Shown here: positions 57,632 to 64,000 of the stretch, piece after piece | Numbering within the stretch: position 1 is the first letter of the stretch | How the letters are laid out: each line of letters opens with the position of its first letter | Assembly (NCBI GenBank): GCA_963823335.1 | Contig: CAWGLD010000001.1 | Location: forward strand, 320,001-384,000 | DNA from: an uncultured delta proteobacterium | GTDB taxonomy: Bacteria > Desulfobacterota > Desulfobacteria > Desulfobacterales > B30-G6 | Reading direction: 5' to 3' | DNA length: 64,000 nucleotides | Program-made: the position numbers and the translations under genes | The notes under the pieces: generated by a model | The model's database searches: none | What the model saw: the letters and a program-made list of their open reading frames with translations, nothing else | What the model was told of the DNA's origin: nothing

Positions 57632-58846
57632 TTAGCGCATGGCCATGTCAATGTGATAGGATTTCCCGAGAACATTTTTAAAATATTCGAGCATTAGAAC
57701 CGAACTTAATTCATACCTGTCCATCTTCTCTACCTGCCCCTCCTTGAGTAGGTCGGTCACCCATTTAGAAGACAGGGATGGGTCATCGGTGTATTTTGTG
57801 CGTATCGATTTCAGATAGGACCGGTTCAGCTTTTGCAGTTCACCCATTTCCATGGCCTCAATCCTGGAAAAGACCCCTTCCATGGTCACAACATCCTCAA
57901 GGGATGGATGTTCTACAATGGCTTTATAGGCCTGGCCGAACCGCTCCAGCCCTTTGTGGATATGATGTTTCTTGACCATATTGATCTTCTGCCAACCGGC
58001 GTCGAGCCACTTGAAAGCCCCGCATTTGACCCGTGTCACTTCCCCTCGGGTCTCATAATAAACAATAATGGAGAAGGAGTCATACATGTAAGAGCTCACC
58101 CATCCCAGCCCGGGTTTGTTCAGGCCTTTTTTATCCGAATATAGATAGGTCCACTCTGTATCGGCCCCCAGCACAACCCCTTTTTTACCGACATCGGATA
58201 CATCCGTCTGCTTGCTGAGTGATATCAGAATATTATTTCCTTTGTGCTTCATCAGAACCAGGGTTCGGCTCAACCCATATCGGTAGTAAGCCCCTGTATT
58301 TATATCCGGTGTATTTTCAACGGTCTCCTGACCCGAGACAATAACAGGCTCGCCCAAATCTTCTAGATAATCCCATAATTTCGGCAGATTTTGTCTACCA
58401 CCACCAAATTCCGACCAGAAAGAAAGACGCACGGACGATGGATTGGTTATAAAGGAAGGAAGTGCTGGATTGTAGGACAGCTTCAGGACATGCGCCAACC
58501 CCGTATCCAAGGCAAATTCGTAATACGCCGAGGTTGCCTTGGATGTCCCATCAACATAGTAAAGCTTATCCTCCTCCTTTGGAGCAGTCACAAAGTCCAG
58601 AAGTCCCCCGATAACAACCGGTTTAAACCCCGTGGTCCCGCCGGAAACGGTCAATGCCATTAGATGTTCAAAGGCCGGATTCAATGCCTCGGGAACCTTT
58701 ATTTCCATCAAGTCGTTATCCGATCTGGCCGTAGACGGAACCCAGAAAACAACAAACAATAAGAGCAAGATCATCCACAACCACTTGGGTCTGTTGTCAA
58801 TTATATTTTCCGATATGCTTTTTGTATACATAAGAACCATCATCAT
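57632..58846 (-). CDS. Exported hypothetical protein (start uncertain)
   Basis: ~400-aa ORF with hydrophobic N-terminal segment. Confidence 0.7.
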   Translation of the reverse strand: MMMVLMYTKSISENIIDNRPKWLWMILLLLFVVFWVPSTARSDNDLMEIKVPEALNPAFEHLMALTVSGGTTGFKPVVIGGLLDFVTAPKEEDKLYYVDGTSKATSAYYEFALDTGLAHVLKLSYNPALPSFITNPSSVRLSFWSEFGGGRQNLPKLWDYLEDLGEPVIVSGQETVENTPDINTGAYYRYGLSRTLVLMKHKGNNILISLSKQTDVSDVGKKGVVLGADTEWTYLYSDKKGLNKPGLGWVSSYMYDSFSIIVYYETRGEVTRVKCGAFKWLDAGWQKINMVKKHHIHKGLERFGQAYKAIVEHPSLEDVVTMEGVFSRIEAMEMGELQKLNRSYLKSIRTKYTDDPSLSSKWVTDLLKEGQVEKMDRYELSSVLMLEYFKNVLGKSYHIDMAMR

Positions 58847-58853
58847 AAGGTTG

Positions 58854-58885
58854 AAAAAAAAGAGCCTCTCTCCGAGGAGAAGCTC
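58854..58885 (-). terminator. Rho-independent terminator downstream of the acyl-CoA dehydrogenase gene
   Basis: Minus strand GAGCTTCTC-CTCGGA-GAGAGGCTC followed by T7. Confidence 0.65.
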
Positions 58886-58894
58886 GGTTATGTA

Positions 58895-59070
58895 TCATGA
58901 AGCTATCTCAAAAAAGTTTTTTGGCCCAATTCCTGTGTTGGTCCCTTGCTTCAATTCCTCGGAATACTACCGTATGCACCCCAAGGGCACTTCCTGTGGG
59001 CGCCTGCGGGTTGAAGTTCGGGCCCCCCTTGAACTTCAACCAAGACCCTTTTTTTGAGATGGCTTCATGA
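58895..59070 (+). mobile_element. MITE-like element, family B
   Basis: Terminal IR TCATGAAGCTATCTCAAAAAA / TTTTTTGAGATGGCTTCATGA; close to 54338-54509. Confidence 0.8.
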
Positions 59071-59223
59071 AATTATAATTCGATAAAGACCATTGTCAAT
59101 GGGTGACGCTTCAAGCGATAAGCTGCTTAAAGCTAAATGCTTATCGCTTTCATGGATGGGTTCTTATGACATATCGCTGCAGGAGATTCCATTCGTGTTC
59201 AATGGTGGCGATGGCCTCTTTCA

Positions 59224-60387
59224 TTAAAATATATAATTCGATATGATCTCCTTCATTATCTCGGTGGTGCCGCCGCCGATGGACAGAATCCGGTTGTCCC
59301 GAAACAATCTTTCCACCAGATAACCACGCATGTATCCGTAGCCGCCGAATATCTGGACCGCATCATAGGTAACCTTGTCGCTAACACTGCAGGCAAAGTT
59401 TTTTGCCATGCTGATCTCTTTGATCTGGCTCTTTCCGGCATCGATCTTGGCTGCGATCCGGTAGGTAAACTCACGGCTGGCTTCCACAAGCGTTGCCATA
59501 TCCACCAGTTTGTGCCTTGTCACCTGGAATCCTTTCAGTTTCCTGCCGAAAGCATCCCTTTCCCCGGCATAGGCGATCGCCGATTCCAGGGCCAGCTGGG
59601 CCGTCATGTTGGCCATGATCGCCAGGGCCAGTCTCTCACCTTGAAAATTTTCCATGATGGTGTAAAAACCGGCGTTTTCTTCCCCCAGCAAATTTTGTAT
59701 CGGCACGCGACAGTCATCAAAAAAGATCTGGGCTGTGTCCGATGCCCACCAGCCCGTTTTTTTGTACTTTTCAGAAACAGAATACCCCGGGGTTTTCGAT
59801 TCGATGACCAGAAGACTGATGCCGTGGGCACCGGTTTCTCCGGTTCGCACAGCACAGGTGATCTGATCTGCCCGGTATCCGCTGGTAATGAACACCTTGC
59901 TTCCATTGACCCGGTAGTAATCTCCTTCCTTGACGGCTGTTGTCTGCAAATTAGCCACATCCGAACCCCCGCCCGGTTCTGTTATAGCAAGTGCCGATAT
60001 TTTTTCTCCCGCCAGAACCGGTTTTACAAACCGTTCTTTCTGGGATTCGGTTCCGGACGACAGGATCGGAGGGATAGCGATATTCAGGCTGCCCAGACCC
60101 GCCACCAGACCACCGGACCCCGAGCGCATCAGTTCCTCGGACACGGCGATGTGAAAAAAAATGTCTCCGGGTATGCCACCGTATGCTTCGGGATATCCCG
60201 TACCGAGAATACCTACCGTCGCTGCTTTTTTATAGAGCTCACGTGGGAATTCACCGGCTTCCTCCCAATCGTCTATAAAGGGAAGAATCTCCTTGTCGAC
60301 AAAGGCCTTGACCGATTTCCGCACCATGTCGTGGGCTTTGCCGAAGTATTCCTGACAACCTGCCTTGGCATTGAATTTGTAGGGCAT
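59224..60387 (-). CDS. Acyl-CoA dehydrogenase (AtuD-like)
   Basis: ALAITEPGGGSD, NGSKVFITSG, FQGERL, QIFGGYGY, IGGGTTEI. Confidence 0.92.
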   Translation of the reverse strand: MPYKFNAKAGCQEYFGKAHDMVRKSVKAFVDKEILPFIDDWEEAGEFPRELYKKAATVGILGTGYPEAYGGIPGDIFFHIAVSEELMRSGSGGLVAGLGSLNIAIPPILSSGTESQKERFVKPVLAGEKISALAITEPGGGSDVANLQTTAVKEGDYYRVNGSKVFITSGYRADQITCAVRTGETGAHGISLLVIESKTPGYSVSEKYKKTGWWASDTAQIFFDDCRVPIQNLLGEENAGFYTIMENFQGERLALAIMANMTAQLALESAIAYAGERDAFGRKLKGFQVTRHKLVDMATLVEASREFTYRIAAKIDAGKSQIKEISMAKNFACSVSDKVTYDAVQIFGGYGYMRGYLVERLFRDNRILSIGGGTTEIMKEIISNYIF

Positions 60388-60432
60388 TATATAATTTTCT
60401 CCCAAATAGTTGAGGATACGGGGTCAAAAATT

Positions 60433-60605
60433 TGTCATTTGCTTCGCGTCATTAATAGTCATTTACTTCGTGTCATTTATTGCAGCTGTGAGCAATCAGC
60501 TAAGAGCTACAATAAATAACGCGCGAAGCGCTAATGACGTCCGCAGGACTAATGTCACGCGAAGCGTAAATGACGCCCGTAGGGCTCGTCCGAAGGACAA
60601 ATGAC
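60433..60605 (+). repeat. GNA mini-hairpin array, copy 4; overlaps the 3' end of the atuA-like gene
   Basis: GCGC-GAA-GCGC, GTCC-GCA-GGAC, ACGC-GAA-GCGT, GCCC-GTA-GGGC, GTCC-GAA-GGAC; upstream GTCATT cluster. Confidence 0.88.
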
Positions 60606-62366
60606 CCTGGGTACGTCAACAACCTTGGCTCGCAAATATTCTCCCAATGTTTTGGCCTGGGGGTCACTCCTCAGGGATGCGGCCACCCCGTCGCCCAGTA
60701 AGCCTTTGATGTAGAAATTCAAGGCCAGGAGATTGGGCAGTTCATAGCGCTCGATTTCAAAATCGGCCAGATCCGCGAGAAGTATTTTCAAGCGTTCCAC
60801 CGACAAAAATTCCCGTAAAAAGGCAAATGCGTCCGGTGTCTTTGCCCAGACACCCAGGTTGGCATTTCCGCCCTTGTCTCCGGAGCGGGTGGCAAACAAT
60901 TTTCCAAAAGGCACTGAAATGGTTTCTCCATCCGGAACCGATGGGATGGGTCTTGTCTGAGGCGGTCCGGCATCCAGGGTTTCTCCCGGGACAAGAGCTT
61001 TCACAACAACCTCCTGGCCATCGACAAAAACGTGCTGTTGGATATGTTCGTTGGACACCAGTGCCGGCCAGTGCATGATCGCCGGGACACCTTTGGTGGG
61101 GGGGGCTGTGGCCGTAAAACCGGGGATACTTGCCAGCGCCAGTTCCACCAGCTTCGAGGAAAACAAGGCCACTTTTTTGGGGTCCGGATCCATGACCGAA
61201 ATACGCAGATGTGCAAAAGCCTCTTCATTGGTTCGGGGATTTTTCTTTTCCGAGCGAACTAACTGCACATCCACCACTGAAAACAGTTTTTCCCCACCCA
61301 GACTGTCAAAGAGGGCTTCTGTCACGATCCGGGCCTTTTTCTCGATATCGAGTCCGGTCAGGACGATGGTCATGCTGTTACGATACCCCCCCAGGTTGTT
61401 GATACAGACCTTGGTGGTGCGGGTGGGGGGTTCCCCCTTGACGCCTTGAATACGAACCCGGTCAGCATCTTCCTGAAAAATATCGATGGTATCGAAACGG
61501 GCGATCACATCCGGTGTCAGATATCTGGGTTCCCGGACCTCATACAGCAGCTGAGCGGTTACCGTTCCAACCGAGACAAGCCCGCCGGTGGCAGGATGCT
61601 TGGTAATAACCGAGGACCCATCTTTTTCAAGCTCTGCAATAGGAAATCCCACATTTTTGAAAGAGGGTACTTCCTCAATAAAAGCGTAATTTCCTCCGGT
61701 TGCCTGAGCGCTGCACTCGATCACGTGACCGGCCACCGCCGCGCCCGCCAGCGCATCCCAGTCTGTCTTCTCCCATTTGAATTGCCAGGCTGCGGGTCCC
61801 ATGACCAGCGCTGCGTCGGCAATGCGCCCCCCCACAACGATGTCCGCGCCGTGATTCAGCGCCTCCACGATGCCCCAGCAACCCAGATACGCATTGGCTG
61901 AAATTGTCTGCGCCCTGGCATCTCTCAAGGCGATGCCCTTGTCCATGTGGGTAAAAGATTCTCCTTTGCCCTGAAGGTCCTGCAGTCTCTGCATCAGGTT
62001 GTCACCTTCGATATAGGCAATTTTGGGATGAAGACCCAGTGTGCTCGCGACCTTCTCGAGTTCCCTGGCAAGTGACCCCGGATTGAGACCCCCTGCATTG
62101 ACGACAACCCTGATACGCCTGTCGAGACACTCCCCCATGACAATTTCCATCTGCTTCAAAAATGTCGTGACAAAACCCGCCTGCGGGTCCTTGAATTGTT
62201 TGCGAAGCAGGATGGCCATGGTCAGCTCGGCTAAGTAATCACCGGTCAGAAAATGGATGGGACCACCCTGGACCATCTCCTGTGCTGCAGAAAACCTGTC
62301 ACCGAAAAACCCGCTGCAGTTGGCAATGATTAATTTTTCATTGTATAGCTTATATGTCTCATTCAT
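60555..62366 (-). CDS. atuA: Acyclic terpene utilization AtuA-family protein
   Basis: IANCSGFFGD, DYLAELT, NAYLG, GHVIEC..QATGGN, RSGDKG, DPQAKTL. Confidence 0.88.
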   Translation of the reverse strand: MNETYKLYNEKLIIANCSGFFGDRFSAAQEMVQGGPIHFLTGDYLAELTMAILLRKQFKDPQAGFVTTFLKQMEIVMGECLDRRIRVVVNAGGLNPGSLARELEKVASTLGLHPKIAYIEGDNLMQRLQDLQGKGESFTHMDKGIALRDARAQTISANAYLGCWGIVEALNHGADIVVGGRIADAALVMGPAAWQFKWEKTDWDALAGAAVAGHVIECSAQATGGNYAFIEEVPSFKNVGFPIAELEKDGSSVITKHPATGGLVSVGTVTAQLLYEVREPRYLTPDVIARFDTIDIFQEDADRVRIQGVKGEPPTRTTKVCINNLGGYRNSMTIVLTGLDIEKKARIVTEALFDSLGGEKLFSVVDVQLVRSEKKNPRTNEEAFAHLRISVMDPDPKKVALFSSKLVELALASIPGFTATAPPTKGVPAIMHWPALVSNEHIQQHVFVDGQEVVVKALVPGETLDAGPPQTRPIPSVPDGETISVPFGKLFATRSGDKGGNANLGVWAKTPDAFAFLREFLSVERLKILLADLADFEIERYELPNLLALNFYIKGLLGDGVAASLRSDPQAKTLGEYLRAKVVDVPRVICPSDEPYGRHLRFA

Positions 62367-62383
62367 GAATAGACTCCTTCACA

Positions 62384-62505
62384 GCCATTTAGCCTTCGGA
62401 CGGCATTTGCGCTACGCGCGATATTTACGCTGCGCGTGTCATTCGCCCTATGGGCGTCATTTGCACTGCGTGCGACATTAGCGCTTTGCGCGTAATTTAT
62501 TGTAG
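62384..62505 (-). repeat. GNA mini-hairpin array, copy 5 (6 units, 18-bp period)
   Basis: Minus strand: GCGC-AAA-GCGC, GCAC-GCA-GTGC, GCCC-ATA-GGGC, ACGC-GCA-GCGT, GCGC-GTA-GCGC, GTCC-GAA-GGCT. Confidence 0.9.
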
Positions 62506-62555
62506 CCCATGGCTTATAGGTAGTTTTGAAGATCAAATCGTTACACGATTTGATC

Positions 62556-63215
62556 TTATTTAATCAAATTCCGTATGCCCCCCACGATAAAATCGACGGC
62601 ATCATGCCCGAGTGTCGTCAAGTCCTTTGAGCGGTTCTGCCATATGAGATACTGATAGGCAATCCGTTCATACATGCCCATGATACTGACCGCCATGACC
62701 TCAGCTGAAAATTCACTTTGATAACGGACCCCGAGATTGTCGCTCACCTTGAGCAATGCCATTTGAACGTCTCCGATGAGTTTGTCGAAGATCTTTTTTC
62801 TGTGCATCTCCATCTGCTGGCTTTGACCCGCCGATTCCCGAAAAAAAATAGCCACTTTCTCGGGATACCTGGGGCAGAACTCCTCGAAAAAAATAATCCC
62901 GGCCTGTTTAAAGCCCTCGATGCTCCCATCCGCATTTTTGAACTCCCGACCCAGAAGGTCGCGAAGTTGATACCCTATTTTTTCGAGCATCTGTAGCATG
63001 AGGTCTTCCTTGTTTTTAAAATAAAAATACACCGTTCCCACAGAAACCTCGGCAAGATCGGCAATCTCTTCCATACCTGTTGTATGATATCCTTTGCGGG
63101 CAAAAAGATTCTCCGCCGCCGCCAGGATGGTCAGATAGCGCTGTTCCCTTTCACGTCGTCGCCTCAGTTCGCTGCGCGTTGGTGCCTTTTGTCCTGATTT
63201 TTCCATTAAAATCAA
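62556..63215 (-). CDS. TetR/AcrR-family regulator (start TTG 63215 or ATG 63206)
   Basis: ILAAAENLF..KGY..T.MEEIA..AEVSVGTVYFYFKNKEDL. Confidence 0.92.
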   Translation of the reverse strand: MILMEKSGQKAPTRSELRRRREREQRYLTILAAAENLFARKGYHTTGMEEIADLAEVSVGTVYFYFKNKEDLMLQMLEKIGYQLRDLLGREFKNADGSIEGFKQAGIIFFEEFCPRYPEKVAIFFRESAGQSQQMEMHRKKIFDKLIGDVQMALLKVSDNLGVRYQSEFSAEVMAVSIMGMYERIAYQYLIWQNRSKDLTTLGHDAVDFIVGGIRNLIK

Positions 63216-63242
63216 ATTCTCCCTGCCAGGTAACTTTCAGGT

Positions 63243-63428
63243 GTCATTTGCGCTTCGCGCGTTATTACGCCTGCGGCTGTCATTTGTCCTGCGGACGACA
63301 TTAGCGCTTCGCGCGACATTTCGCCTTCGGCTGTCATTTATGGTCATTAGCCCTTCGGGCGTAATTTATTGCCGAGAATAGCTCGTAGCTTGGGGTTTAC
63401 CTAACACTTAAAACATAAAACCTAACAC
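63243..63428 (-). repeat. GNA mini-hairpin array, copy 6 (6 hairpins) with leader
   Basis: Minus strand: leader, then GCCC-GAA-GGGC, AGCC-GAA-GGCG, GCGC-GAA-GCGC, GTCC-GCA-GGAC, AGCC-GCA-GGCG, GCGC-GAA-GCGC. Confidence 0.9.
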
Positions 63429-63451
63429 CTTGTTTTTCCCCTCCAACCCTC

Positions 63452-64000
63452 CTAGTACCCCAAGGCCTCATCCCCGAGCTTGACCCTGGCGATTTCAGTG
63501 GAGGTTCCCGCTATCTGGGCATACTTGGCACACCTGTAGGCACATTCGGCCTTGTTTCCGGTCCGGTATCCGGTGCCGGAAAGCACCTGCAGGGCCATAC
63601 TGGCAACCTTTTCAGCGGACTCGGTGCAAAAAACCTTGGCACACAGCGTCAGACTGCCGCCTTGTGTCCGGCTTATATCGGAAGACCAGGCCGCCCGAAA
63701 AGCCAGAAGTCGGGAGGTCTGGTACAAGGTCAGCATTTCAGCCAGTTTGAAGGCCACCTCCTGGTAGGCAATAATTGGTTTTCCGCCTGTACGGTGTGTA
63801 TTGGCGAATGTTTTGGCCGATTCAAAAGCAGATTTCATCATCCCAAGACTTGCCCCTATGAGAATCTGGTTCTCCCACAGTCGGAGCGTTTCTAACACCT
63901 GGGCCTCCCCTGGTGGTAGAATAATTTTCCCGGGCAGCACGCTGCAGCGCTCCAGTCGAAGACCGGAAATGGCAACATTTTCATAACCAAGGGTGGCGAT
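63452..64000 (-). CDS. Acyl-CoA dehydrogenase-like protein, C-terminal part (runs off window end)
   Basis: GKPIIAYQEVAFKLAEM, AKVF.TE, QVLSG.GY, IAGTSTEI; frame is open to 64000. Confidence 0.85.
   Translation of the reverse strand: MATLGYENVAISGLRLERCSVLPGKIILPPGEAQVLETLRLWENQILIGASLGMMKSAFESAKTFANTHRTGGKPIIAYQEVAFKLAEMLTLYQTSRLLAFRAAWSSDISRTQGGSLTLCAKVFCTESAEKVASMALQVLSGTGYRTGNKAECAYRCAKYAQIAGTSTEIARVKLGDEALGY

Noticed and set aside
59512-60519. Long antisense ORFs (e.g. 335 aa here, 12217-13137, 22261-23013, 45624-46436)
   Set aside because: They are shadows of well-supported genes on the opposite strand and have no recognisable motifs.
62384-62505. Mini-hairpin arrays as CRISPR arrays
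   Set aside because: The constant part is only 7 nt, the variable parts are 11-nt self-complementary hairpins reused between arrays rather than unique spacers, and no cas genes are present.

Overview
This is a 64-kb chromosomal window with no rRNA, tRNA, CRISPR-cas or transposase genes that I could recognise. Gene content and style suggest a Desulfobacterota (Desulfobacterales-like) anaerobe, which is an inference. (1) 1-18.3 kb is an oxygen-respiration island: cydA and an Fe-S Rrf2 regulator are divergent from an interleaved alternative complex III (actB-C-D-F-A, actE) / cbb3-type oxidase (ccoN, ccoO, ccoS, ccoI) cluster. It is followed by ubiG, ubiE, a 2-deoxy-scyllo-inosose-synthase-like cyclase and a TIM-barrel dehydratase/isomerase, with ubiA and ubiB at 32.7-36.1 kb. 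My main hypothesis is that these genes form an O2-independent, sugar-derived route to a benzoquinone. (2) 20-30.8 kb is a sulfur/redox island with an octaheme tetrathionate-reductase-family cytochrome, cytochrome b, sigma54 and ArsR regulators with visible promoters/operators, and three selenoproteins that the ORF track splits at in-frame TGA codons (5 putative Sec codons, including a UxxxxU rhodanese-DsbD fusion). (3) The rest holds a partner-switching/ABC module, proAB, rubrerythrin, transporters and atu-like genes. (4) Intergenic DNA carries several dispersed repeat families. The most striking is six copies of an 18-bp-period array of covarying GNA-triloop mini-hairpins with a shared leader.
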